In this document: in pieces, positions 55,377 through 64,000 of the stretch
How the letters are laid out: each line of letters starts with the position of its first letter
How positions within the stretch are numbered: position 1 is the stretch's first letter
DNA from: a virus
Reading direction: 5' to 3' (one strand)
IMG/VR virus record: IMGVR_UViG_3300027467_000624
DNA: 64,000 bases
Notes under the pieces: generated by a model
What the model was told of the DNA's origin: nothing
Seen by the model: only the letters and a program-made list of their open reading frames with translations
Database searches by the model: none
Program-made: the position numbers and the translations under genes

Positions 55377-55635
55377 GTTCAGTGTTTGGAGGAATTACAA
55401 TATCATCAGGAGTAATAACAGTATACTGGTATCCATGCATTTCGCAAGTTTTTACCATTACTTCATCTTCAATTTCAATTACATGCATTTCTGGAAATCC
55501 ATCTTCCTCTAGCATCATAGCATATCGAGTAGCATCATCTTCTTCCTGAAAGAGATATAAAATGTGTTCTCCTTCATCGTCAATTACAGAATATGCACCC
55601 TCAGTTTCTTTGCCATTAATTGTTAAGATAAACAT
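55363..55635 (-). CDS. Conserved acidic hypothetical protein
   Basis: Between gp47 and gp46. Confidence 0.7.
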   Translation of the reverse strand: MFILTINGKETEGAYSVIDDEGEHILYLFQEEDDATRYAMMLEEDGFPEMHVIEIEDEVMVKTCEMHGYQYTVITPDDIVIPPNTEHDFI

Positions 55636-56670
55636 TTAAATTAACTCACAAGCCTCTTGATATATTTCTTGCATCATTTTTTGAATGATTGATTTATCAA
55701 GATTTATTTCAGCCTCCTGAATATATCTATTCAGAATGGAGATAGTGTCTTCACTTTCGAATGCTTCAAACTCTACAGGTTCCTGAATATCGAAGTTCTC
55801 AATAATTTTGAGTTCTGCAATATTTGAAGCGTAAAGTTTATCAACAAATTTTTCAAACTTCTTAGTGTCTGATTTCTTACGAACAACAACTTTTACAATC
55901 TTATTTTCATACTCGCGAGTATCAAATGTTTGATAATTTGTATCCTCATAATAAATGTTATGAAACATCTTATAAGGATTATTGATTGGAGTATGTTCTA
56001 AAGTTTCTGTATCAAAGATAGTAAATCCACGAGTATCATTTACATCTGTCCAGTAAATCTCATAAGGATTTCCCAAGTAGAAAACAGTTCCATTATCAGA
56101 ACGAGTGTGGTAATGACCAGAAAATACCTTAGAGAAGTCCTTAAAAAGATTTGCTTCCAGTCCATGTTCCATAATGATTTGACGGTTTACACGAAAACCT
56201 TGGAACTCAAGATGACCCATGGCAACTTTTGCCTTTGTTTTCTTAATCATTTTAAGTGACTGCTCTTCATTTTCCACGCAAATCCAAGGAAGGAGAAGAA
56301 CATCAAGATTTCCAACCTTGATTTCTGTTGGTGAAGAATATGTTTGAATATTAGGATAATCTTTCAACAGAAGTTGAGGTGAATTTGTGTTGTTGGTATT
56401 TTTATAATAACTATCATGATTACCAACAATCATATGGACATGATATTTTTTGAGTGGTTCAAATACTACTCGTTTTGCCCACTCTAAACTTTGATAATCA
56501 ATTGACTTTCTACTATCAAAAGCATCACCCATGTGAATAACTGTATCAATCCCGTACTGTTCCAGCGTCGGGAAAAACACATTCTTATAAAAAAGTTCAA
56601 AATAATCATGAAAAAGTTTTGAACCTTTTCTTGCACCGTAGTGAGTGTCTGTAATAATAGCGACTTTCAT
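55636..56670 (-). CDS. gp47: Recombination endonuclease, Mre11/SbcD-like subunit
   Basis: TDTHYG, GDAFD, GNHD, SGHYH. Confidence 0.96.
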   Translation of the reverse strand: MKVAIITDTHYGARKGSKLFHDYFELFYKNVFFPTLEQYGIDTVIHMGDAFDSRKSIDYQSLEWAKRVVFEPLKKYHVHMIVGNHDSYYKNTNNTNSPQLLLKDYPNIQTYSSPTEIKVGNLDVLLLPWICVENEEQSLKMIKKTKAKVAMGHLEFQGFRVNRQIIMEHGLEANLFKDFSKVFSGHYHTRSDNGTVFYLGNPYEIYWTDVNDTRGFTIFDTETLEHTPINNPYKMFHNIYYEDTNYQTFDTREYENKIVKVVVRKKSDTKKFEKFVDKLYASNIAELKIIENFDIQEPVEFEAFESEDTISILNRYIQEAEINLDKSIIQKMMQEIYQEACELI

Positions 56671-57168
56671 TCAATAACGAAGTTTGGAGTGGACACCATC
56701 TTTGATGCTATTATAATCGGAATAGTTCCCGCCGTCAATAGTGTTGTCGTCAGCAAACACTTCAGAAAATCCAGAGCGTTCAAGGATTTTGTTTTTGATT
56801 TCCAGTTGACGCTTCTCTCTTTGAATACGGCGAAGGAATGCGTAGTGAATGATTTGAGTAAAGTATGCAAAAGGATTTTGTGATTTCTCTGGATTGAAAT
56901 TGTGAATGTACTGAACGCAGTTTTCAATACCGTCAGAAATCATATCTTCCTTGAACATGTAGTTCACGAAGTTTGGTTTGAAGGAAAGATGATTAGCGAT
57001 CTTCAGAAAACACTCTCCAATGTAGCGAGGAATGGGAGGTTTTGGTTTATTCTGTAGAAGAGCGATTTCTTTATCTTCTCTATACTTAATGAGAGCAGCA
57101 AGAAACTCTTTGTTGTTTACGTAATGCTCTGACCTCTTTCTCTTGGTCATAACTGCTGTGGTTATCAT
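56671..57168 (-). CDS. gp55: Late-transcription sigma factor
   Basis: HYVNNKEF, DMISDGIE, FNPEKSQNPFAYFTQI. Confidence 0.96.
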   Translation of the reverse strand: MITTAVMTKRKRSEHYVNNKEFLAALIKYREDKEIALLQNKPKPPIPRYIGECFLKIANHLSFKPNFVNYMFKEDMISDGIENCVQYIHNFNPEKSQNPFAYFTQIIHYAFLRRIQREKRQLEIKNKILERSGFSEVFADDNTIDGGNYSDYNSIKDGVHSKLRY

Positions 57169-57193
57169 AAGTTTTTATCATTATTATGTATAG

Positions 57194-57244
57194 ATTATAC
57201 CATTTATGCAAATGCTTGACAAGGTATCCAAATACCTGTACAAT
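57194..57244. promoter_or_regulatory. Back-to-back sigma70-type promoters sharing a -35 region
   Basis: Minus: TTGTCA(57222-57217)-17-TATAAT(57199-57194) to gp55; plus: TTGACA(57216-57221)-17-TACAAT(57239-57244). Confidence 0.55.
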
Positions 57245-57273
57245 AACCTTTGTCGGGGTTGATAAGTTATATC

Positions 57274-57666
57274 TTAGCTATTTTTATAAAGCTTCTCTAA
57301 TATCTCTTTAGCATCGTTGACATTGGCAAGGTATCCCATTCTACGATTAAGTTTTGATTGATTCGTACCATCCTTACTTGAGTGGCGGACATAGGACTGG
57401 TACATCATGATCATTTCAATATCAGAAGATTCTGAAAGAGTGAGTACGTCTTCTAGATTAATTATAAACATATCTTCTTTGGTTGTTTTCAACCATGGTT
57501 CCAGTTTATATCCAACAACACTAGTTCTATTTTTGATTTCACAAATAGTAATTGGATTTGAAATGATTAATATTGTCCTATCTTCTTCTTCGGAAGCTGC
57601 TACTTTGGCAAAGATTTCTTCGCCTGTTTTTAACTTGATTGTGCAGTAAAAATCATCTTCTATCAT
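57274..57666 (-). CDS. Conserved hypothetical protein (Sm-like pattern)
   Basis: IKLKTGEEIFA...LEPW; ATGA coupling to uvsW. Confidence 0.7.
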   Translation of the reverse strand: MIEDDFYCTIKLKTGEEIFAKVAASEEEDRTILIISNPITICEIKNRTSVVGYKLEPWLKTTKEDMFIINLEDVLTLSESSDIEMIMMYQSYVRHSSKDGTNQSKLNRRMGYLANVNDAKEILEKLYKNS

Positions 57667-59129
57667 TTTTTCTTAAGTTGTATGGTGATTATTTCATAGT
57701 TAAAATTTTCTTCATTATAGATTTTAATTCTTTCAATGAGGTGATTCAGAGTATAATTTTTTCTTGAGTTATAAGTGCAGTCGTCTGAAATATCATAAAG
57801 TATTGCTTTTGTTTTGTTAGTTCCTTTTCTTAGTACTCTTCCAATACTTTGTAAATTTCTAATTCTTGATTTGCTTGGAGAGGCAAATATAACATTATGA
57901 AGATTTTTGATATTGATGCCAGTACTGAAAGTTCCGTAGGATGCTACGATTATGGCATTGTCTTCTCTTTCTGTAATTTCCCTAACTAATTCCCTCTCTT
58001 CAGTATCAACTCCACCATGAATAAAAAATACTTTACGATCATTTCGCTTGTTAGTATTTATCTTTTCGTATAAAATTGCACCATGAGCTTCTACTCGTGA
58101 AAACAGAACAAGAGTGTTACCTTTTAAATCTAAAGAAAGATTTGTAATAAATTTATTTCTTTGGTCATGAGATATTAAGTATTGTATCTCATCTTCATAG
58201 GTTTCAAATTTTTGTGGAGCATGTTTGAGGACAAGGCAGCGAATATCTAATTGAGAAATATGTCCTTGCTGCATCAACTCATAAGTTCTAGTAACTTTAT
58301 ATGAAGGTCCAAAAAGTCCTTCAAGAACCCATTTGTGTGTTTGAGTTCCATCAAGAGTTCCAGTAAAACCAAAACGATATTTTGCATGATGAAGTTTGGT
58401 CATGATATCGACAAGAGATTTGCTCTTGAATAAGTGAGCTTCATCCCCTATGATTACGCCATAATCTTCAAAGAATGGGCGTTCTAGTTTATAGATAGAT
58501 TGCCAGGTAGTGATAGTGACAGAATGTTTATTTGTCTTCTCTCTACCAGAATAAATTTTGTGACAGTATGACTCAGCATCCCAACCATAGTCTTCAAAAT
58601 CCTTGTACATCTGCTCTACAAGAGATGTCGTTGGAACAACTAAAAGAATTTTTTGTCCTTTATCTACATAATACCTTACAAGGGAATAAATCATTAAGGA
58701 TTTACCTGAGGCTGTGGGTGATATCAGCAATTTTCTATTATGCCTTAGAGCATCGTATACTCCCTCTATTTGATAGTCTCTTGGAGAATGAGAACAAATA
58801 GATTGCATATAATCTTTTACACCTTCATATGAGATGCCCTCGTTAATTTCAAAAGGCAATCCATAGAATTTATTTTCTTTAAACTCATAGGTGTAATTAT
58901 GCAGTTTTAGTTTGTCGATAATTTTATCTAACAAACCAGCATATATTTCTCCAGTATGAGTACTTAACAATCGAATCTTGCCGTCCCAGTGCCTGCTTCT
59001 ATACTGGGACATGAATTTCGCAGATTCAACTTCAAAAGTAAAATATGGTTGAAGTTCGTACAAAATATGAGGTTCACAATGTAGCTTAATGTAAACCTCA
59101 TTTTTCTTTTCAATGATTACATCACTCAT
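57663..59129 (-). CDS. uvsW: SF2 helicase UvsW
   Basis: SPTASGKS, GDEAH, FTGT, QSIGR.LR. Confidence 0.96.
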   Translation of the reverse strand: MSDVIIEKKNEVYIKLHCEPHILYELQPYFTFEVESAKFMSQYRSRHWDGKIRLLSTHTGEIYAGLLDKIIDKLKLHNYTYEFKENKFYGLPFEINEGISYEGVKDYMQSICSHSPRDYQIEGVYDALRHNRKLLISPTASGKSLMIYSLVRYYVDKGQKILLVVPTTSLVEQMYKDFEDYGWDAESYCHKIYSGREKTNKHSVTITTWQSIYKLERPFFEDYGVIIGDEAHLFKSKSLVDIMTKLHHAKYRFGFTGTLDGTQTHKWVLEGLFGPSYKVTRTYELMQQGHISQLDIRCLVLKHAPQKFETYEDEIQYLISHDQRNKFITNLSLDLKGNTLVLFSRVEAHGAILYEKINTNKRNDRKVFFIHGGVDTEERELVREITEREDNAIIVASYGTFSTGINIKNLHNVIFASPSKSRIRNLQSIGRVLRKGTNKTKAILYDISDDCTYNSRKNYTLNHLIERIKIYNEENFNYEIITIQLKKK

Positions 59130-59156
59130 AGCATTAATATTGCTATGATTATTTAT

Positions 59157-59594
59157 TTACCCAAGTCCAGCGTTAAATCTCATAAATTCAATTGCATTTT
59201 TAATTTGATAAGTTCTATTTTGAATCATCTTTAGAATACTTTCAATATAAGTCAACATTGTATCGTAGTAATCAATCTTCAGGCATACTGTCGAAAGTTT
59301 TTCATCAGCATCAAGATACTTTTGCATTGTGTCTTTATCACGAATCTTTTTGGGGAATGGATTTTCTACATATACCTCTGGATCTGATTTTCCAGAATAG
59401 TATTCATATCTTTCGTGACGAATATTTCTTTTCTGTTGCTCTGCTTTTTTTCTTAAAAGAAATATTGTATTGTATAAATCAAAATATTTTGCATGAAGAA
59501 CTGGAATATTTGTGGACTCTGTGTGCAAATTATCCATATCAATTTTGGAGTCCTGCTCCCACATCTTTTGAATCATATCCAGATCAAAACTCAT
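59157..59594 (-). CDS. uvsY: Recombination mediator UvsY
   Basis: IPVLHAKY, YYSGK, YLDAD, RTYQIKNAIE. Confidence 0.92.
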   Translation of the reverse strand: MSFDLDMIQKMWEQDSKIDMDNLHTESTNIPVLHAKYFDLYNTIFLLRKKAEQQKRNIRHERYEYYSGKSDPEVYVENPFPKKIRDKDTMQKYLDADEKLSTVCLKIDYYDTMLTYIESILKMIQNRTYQIKNAIEFMRFNAGLG

Positions 59595-60142
59595 AAGGGA
59601 TTTCCACCAAGATCTACTATATTGTAAATAGTATACTTGAAAGATACGTCTGCTGTAAAGTATTGTACATCAGTTTGTGTTGCATCAAAACTTAAAGTTC
59701 CTAATGAGTATGGAAATAAATCTTTAAATGTAATTTGAAAATTTGGAATTGATGAACTTGTCAGTACTTGTAAAGTTCCATCGGAATATAATCCCATTTG
59801 TTTCTGGGATTCAATCTTTGGATTTATGAATCCGGTTTCTTGGAAATCGTAAATTTGTTCCAAACTTTCTGGATACCCAAGACCCCTCATCCAATTTTGA
59901 ATTTCCATATAGTTTTGTAGATCTTCATCTACAAGAAATCTAAGAGTCAAATCTCCAAATACAATTTTATCTCCTGGGACATCAATATCTTTTAGATACG
60001 ATGGTTGAGATGCAAGACCAAGAGTTATTTCTGGAATATTTGCTGAATTGCAGAAGAAAGCAACTTTCGGAGTTCTCTTTAACGTAAATTTAAATCCTGT
60101 TGGAGATAGAAAATTCCTATTCTCTGGTTGTCCAATCGTCAT
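59591..60142 (-). CDS. gp3: Tail completion / sheath stabilizer
   Basis: NFLSPTGF, ANIPEI.LG, FLVDEDLQNY, F.DLFP.SL. Confidence 0.9.
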   Translation of the reverse strand: MTIGQPENRNFLSPTGFKFTLKRTPKVAFFCNSANIPEITLGLASQPSYLKDIDVPGDKIVFGDLTLRFLVDEDLQNYMEIQNWMRGLGYPESLEQIYDFQETGFINPKIESQKQMGLYSDGTLQVLTSSSIPNFQITFKDLFPYSLGTLSFDATQTDVQYFTADVSFKYTIYNIVDLGGNPL

Positions 60143-60158
60143 GGTATTTTTTAAATAT

Positions 60159-60635
60159 TTAGATAACTCTTTCCCATCTACTGCCAGGACCATTATATTT
60201 TATAGACCTGCTTATACTACTTTCCAATACTCCAGTATCTTTCCTTGCTTCTTTCATAGACGAATAAACTTTTTCAGTTTTTTTATCTTTGACTGATACA
60301 ATTCTTGATTGTCTTGTCGCTTCTTTTACATGCTCTGGGCACGAACGACCAAGAGTTCCTCCGTCTCCTCCTAAAGTGGCATTATACTGTGGTTTTAGTT
60401 TATCTATCCAATAAATTTCTCTTTCTCCATTATTATATTCTTCAGTTTGTTCTATTATTTCCCATGTAAAGTTATCTCTTCCATATTTACGTAAAGCATT
60501 TGGAAATGGTGCATTACTATTTTTATTAAAAGCATACCACCAGTGTTTATATTCTCTATTTTCAATAGGACCTTTACATCTACCTATATAAAATTTATTA
60601 TTAATTTTATTAGTTGATTTGTAAATATAAAACAT
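60159..60635 (-). CDS. Free-standing GIY-YIG homing endonuclease (seg-like, NUMOD1-like C-terminus)
   Basis: MFYIYKSTNKINNKFYIG, RKYG..NF, EIYWI, YNATLGG; ORF-track start (60977) overlaps gp23. Confidence 0.85.
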   Translation of the reverse strand: MFYIYKSTNKINNKFYIGRCKGPIENREYKHWWYAFNKNSNAPFPNALRKYGRDNFTWEIIEQTEEYNNGEREIYWIDKLKPQYNATLGGDGGTLGRSCPEHVKEATRQSRIVSVKDKKTEKVYSSMKEARKDTGVLESSISRSIKYNGPGSRWERVI

Positions 60636-60658
60636 ATCACGGAAGTTTTTAACTATAG

Positions 60659-60693
60659 TATTTATAAAAAAAGAGGACCTTTTTGAGGTCCTC
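60659..60693 (-). terminator. gp23 terminator followed by late promoter
   Basis: GAGGACC/GGTCCTC stem plus T-run, then TATAAATA (60659-60666). Confidence 0.8.
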
Positions 60694-60714
60694 CAAGTAA
60701 TCTCCATATGAGAT

Positions 60715-62160
60715 TTACATGAGATTTTTGACCGCAACTCTACGATAGTAACGGTTAGCGTTAACGGTAAGACTACCGAGACCCTGGTTCTTGCCTTCAG
60801 CGAATGGGTTAGCAACAAGACCGTAGCGGGTCTTAAAGCCAATTTTGGGCTGGAAGCTGTTCTCACCAACGGCACGAACCATTTGGAGAGGAACATATGG
60901 GCAATAGAAGAGACCAGCATCATAAGGTGAAGAACCCTTATAACCAACAACATAGTACTGGTTACCTGGAGTCTCATTACCTGAAGTCAGGTTAGATGCA
61001 TATGGGTCAATATATACGCGGAACTTGCCCATTAGAGTACCAGCAAAAGTATTGCCAGTGTCATCAACGGTTAGGTTAGCGTTGAGTGCAGGGGTGTAAT
61101 CGAGAACACCAGCCATGGTCAGTGCTGAAGCAACGTCAGCAGAGCACATGATGATGTTGCCCTTTCCGCGACGAGTTCTTTGTGCGATTGCGTTAGCATC
61201 ACGCTCGATTTGGAATAGAAGACCCTTGAACTTCTCAACGGACCAACGACCATTTGAGTCAATGTCGAGGTCGAAGATACCTGGGGTTGCAACGTTTTGT
61301 GCAGCACCCTGTTCAGCAACCTTGTAGATGGTACGAATAACTTCGCGGTTGATCTCTGCAAGAATCTCAGTTGAGAGAATATTTGCGAGTTCCGCTTCAG
61401 CATTCAGACCATGGATTGCCTTCAGGTCTTGAGCAAGCTCAAGGCTGTACTCTGCTTTCAGAGCGCGGCTCTTAGCAGTAACAGTGACCTTCTCGATTGA
61501 GAAAGCCATCTGATTGAAGTGATCACCATCTACTCCGTCGCCAAGGGCTTCTGCGTCATTAGTACGCATTCCTTGACCGACATTATAAGCAGAAGTGGTT
61601 GCACTGCTAACTGGGTTGAGAACAGATGGGTTCGAACCCTTCTGAGTCGTTGTACCCATACCAGCGGCAACATCGCTGAATCCACCGGTAGCATCGAATG
61701 CTGAATTGTTTCCGGAGAATCCAGTATCTACTTCATCATAGAAGGTTTCAGAGCCACTCTGGTTAGTGTAGCGTGAACGCATTGCGAAGATAAGACCAGT
61801 AGGACCGCTCATTGGTTGAACGCCAGCGAGGTCATAAGCGACCAGGTTAGGCATTGAACGACGAATGAGTGAAATCAGAACTGGATCGAAACCTGCGGTA
61901 GGACCACCAGCAGCAGCACCGCCACTGAATCCGTGTGCAGATGCACCAGCAGCTCCGTATGAACCGGTAGCGTTGGTTGGTGCTTCCATCAGGTTGGTAA
62001 TACCACCTGTGTTAAATGCTGATTCCTCTCTTAGGAATTTTTCTTGGTTTTCGAGCAGGACAGCGGTTACAGCTCTACGATGAGAATCTCTGATTGGATC
62101 AAGACCCTGATAGTCTAAGAGTGGTGCCCACTTTTCCTGCAGATGCTCGGAATGGAACAT
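60715..62160 (-). CDS. gp23: Major capsid protein
   Basis: LQEKWAPLL, QPMSGPTGLIF, LKAEYSLELAQDLKAIHG, FYCPYVPL. Confidence 0.98.
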   Translation of the reverse strand: MFHSEHLQEKWAPLLDYQGLDPIRDSHRRAVTAVLLENQEKFLREESAFNTGGITNLMEAPTNATGSYGAAGASAHGFSGGAAAGGPTAGFDPVLISLIRRSMPNLVAYDLAGVQPMSGPTGLIFAMRSRYTNQSGSETFYDEVDTGFSGNNSAFDATGGFSDVAAGMGTTTQKGSNPSVLNPVSSATTSAYNVGQGMRTNDAEALGDGVDGDHFNQMAFSIEKVTVTAKSRALKAEYSLELAQDLKAIHGLNAEAELANILSTEILAEINREVIRTIYKVAEQGAAQNVATPGIFDLDIDSNGRWSVEKFKGLLFQIERDANAIAQRTRRGKGNIIMCSADVASALTMAGVLDYTPALNANLTVDDTGNTFAGTLMGKFRVYIDPYASNLTSGNETPGNQYYVVGYKGSSPYDAGLFYCPYVPLQMVRAVGENSFQPKIGFKTRYGLVANPFAEGKNQGLGSLTVNANRYYRRVAVKNLM

Positions 62161-62220
62161 TTGCTTTTACCTTTTTACTAAGTGTTTGTTTTTTTTGGGT
62201 TTGAATTATATTAAATTCAA

Positions 62221-63408
62221 TTATTTGCCAAATGCTGAAAGCGTTCTTAGATATGCAGCCATTGAATCCGAATAAGATTCGGGCGCAACGTCAGCACCTT
62301 CGGACAGTGTTTCAGTCTTAGCAGATGGAGATACAACTCTTGAAGGGAAATATGATTCCTTCAAAGTCTCCAGTTTTTCACGATATTCTTCTTCACTTTC
62401 AAACTCAACACTTTCGGCAAGTGAAGCGAGCTTGTCTTTCTGAGTGTCTGCAAGACCATCAGCGACCTGTTCAAAGATTCCATCAGCAACCGACTCTGCG
62501 AGACGCTTGTTGAGTGAAACGTTCTTCTCAATCTGCTCGTTGAGTTTTGTCTCCATTTCATCAAGTTTATCTACCATGCTCTCAAGCACATCATATTTAT
62601 CTTCAGGGATTGATACATAATGTTCTTCAAAAAGACCCTTCATTCCTTGGAGGAATGATTCGGTCATTTCGGTCTTAAGACCTTGCTCAATAACGAGTGC
62701 ATTTTCTTGCATCCACTCGTCAGCAACATACTCAAGATAAGCGTCTACACGCTCAGCAAGCTCAGTCTTAATTTCTTCTACTTCCTCTGCAAGTGCAGTG
62801 GCATACTGCTCTTCAAGTGCCTCTTGAATATCGGCAACTTTTGAACGAAGAGCTGCTTCGAAGATAGTGCGTGCTTTCTCTTGGAATTCCTCAGAAAGCT
62901 CCTCACCTTCAAGTAGAGCATTGACATCTTCTTCGATATCAAACTCTTCCTTCATGTCTTCTTCATCCTCATCCTCATCTTCTTCTTCGTCTTCGTCTTC
63001 TTCTTTCTTTGCTTTTTTCTTGGGTGTTTCTTCCTCTTCTTCCGCAGCCTCAGCAACTACTTCTTCTTCCTCACCCTCTTCAATCTCTTCTTCGATTAAA
63101 TCTTCATCTTCGAGTTCTTCCTCTTCTTTGTGAAGACCCTTCATTGGATCTGCACCTTTAGCACCTTTGTTGACAACATCTCTTACTTGCTTAAGAGTTG
63201 CGCCAGGTGTCTTAAGTTTTGCAGAATCGTCATCAGGACGATAATTAGAAGGATCGGGACCACCAAGATCTTCCCAACCAGCAGTTTGACCATCAGGAAT
63301 TCCTGTGGTTAGTTTTGGCATCGCTTCCGCCGCTTTAGCATTTGCATTAACAGCGGTTCGGGATTGCTTTGTGCCTACTTCCATTTCTTGTAAATCTCCA
63401 CGAGACAT
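62221..63408 (-). CDS. gp22: Prohead core scaffold protein
   Basis: Acidic; IFEAAL, DAYLEYV..EW; position between gp21 and gp23; TATAAATA at 63446-63453. Confidence 0.93.
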   Translation of the reverse strand: MSRGDLQEMEVGTKQSRTAVNANAKAAEAMPKLTTGIPDGQTAGWEDLGGPDPSNYRPDDDSAKLKTPGATLKQVRDVVNKGAKGADPMKGLHKEEEELEDEDLIEEEIEEGEEEEVVAEAAEEEEETPKKKAKKEEDEDEEEDEDEDEEDMKEEFDIEEDVNALLEGEELSEEFQEKARTIFEAALRSKVADIQEALEEQYATALAEEVEEIKTELAERVDAYLEYVADEWMQENALVIEQGLKTEMTESFLQGMKGLFEEHYVSIPEDKYDVLESMVDKLDEMETKLNEQIEKNVSLNKRLAESVADGIFEQVADGLADTQKDKLASLAESVEFESEEEYREKLETLKESYFPSRVVSPSAKTETLSEGADVAPESYSDSMAAYLRTLSAFGK

Positions 63409-63463
63409 TTGAACTCTCCGTTTAACCTTAGTTATAAACTATATTTATTTATAAATTAACAAA

Positions 63464-64000
63464 TTACAATGAATTTAAAAACTCATCGAACAAGGATAAC
63501 TTGTATTCTTCAAGGATACCCTGATCAACTAAAGTATTTATTCTACGTTTAGTGTTTTCCGCTACCTTCTCTCTAAGAATACCACCATCCCAAATCCACT
63601 CCTTTCCTTCCATGATTCCTTGAACAAAGGCATCAGGTGCTGAAGGATCTGCTACAATATCAGCAGCAGTTGCAAGCATAAAGTCTTCACCAACTTCTCT
63701 ATAACCTTTTTGATTCTCTCTTAAAGAACCAATACCACGAGAAGAAACGCCAAGGCAAACACCTTCTTTAAGAAGAGATTCTGCAATTTTGCCCATTGGA
63801 GTTGAAAGGATTTGTGCCTTACCAATGAAATTATTGCCCTCTTGATGGAGTTCAGTAATCTTGTGAGAAACTCTATCAAGGTTTACGGTTGGTCCATCTG
63901 GGTGCCCAAGTTCACCGAGAGCACGACCTTTTTGAACATAGTTTTCGTTATAACGATTGACTTCCCTTTCCATGATTGAAAAAGGATAAAGTCTACCGTT
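63464..64000 (-). CDS. gp21: Prohead protease (5' end outside window)
   Basis: ALGELGHP, VSH, GVSSRGIGS, DIVADPSAPDA. Confidence 0.95.
   Translation of the reverse strand, partial: NGRLYPFSIMEREVNRYNENYVQKGRALGELGHPDGPTVNLDRVSHKITELHQEGNNFIGKAQILSTPMGKIAESLLKEGVCLGVSSRGIGSLRENQKGYREVGEDFMLATAADIVADPSAPDAFVQGIMEGKEWIWDGGILREKVAENTKRRINTLVDQGILEEYKLSLFDEFLNSL

Noticed and set aside
60636-60977. N-terminal extension of the endonuclease ORF overlapping gp23 (possible frameshift fusion)
   Set aside because: A strong terminator and late promoter lie between gp23 and the ATG at 60635; no slippery site noted at the gp23 stop

Overview
A 64-kb segment of a T4-like cyanophage (Kyanoviridae-type myovirus). 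Essentially all genes are on the minus strand. Read in transcription direction (64000->1): head genes (gp21 partial, gp22, gp23), a GIY-YIG endonuclease, gp3, uvsY, uvsW, gp55, gp47/46, a CobT/CobS-like pair, the replisome (gp45, gp44, dam, gp62, regA, hsp20, gp43, uvsX, gp41, mazG), one tRNA-Ala, probable internal head proteins and a nucleotidyltransferase, gp61, nrdA/nrdB. An accessory region follows: phage-tail-lysozyme gene with an adjacent homing endonuclease and an orphan second 3' half, a host-type porin, a wcaG-like RNA, a 10-gene glycan cluster (gmd, fcl, GT11, GT6, FkbM, other GTs), auxiliary metabolic genes (hli x2, petF, peroxiredoxin, 2OG-Fe(II) oxygenase) and a cell-wall hydrolase cluster. 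Most interesting: (1) a lambda-type -1 frameshift signal (G GGA AAG UAG plus a 7-bp GC stem 6 nt downstream) that would fuse a 72-aa CxxC-ending module to a GH24 lysozyme, the same module also heading the neighbouring C39-like peptidase; (2) a 71-aa ORF copying the GFS-x6-GPTAGFDPV segment of the major capsid protein; (3) a three-copy dyad-N29-TATAAT promoter architecture; (4) several structured-RNA and translational-control elements. Annotations come from motif recognition and manual reading only; no database searches were run. Starts that differ from the ORF track were chosen by hand.
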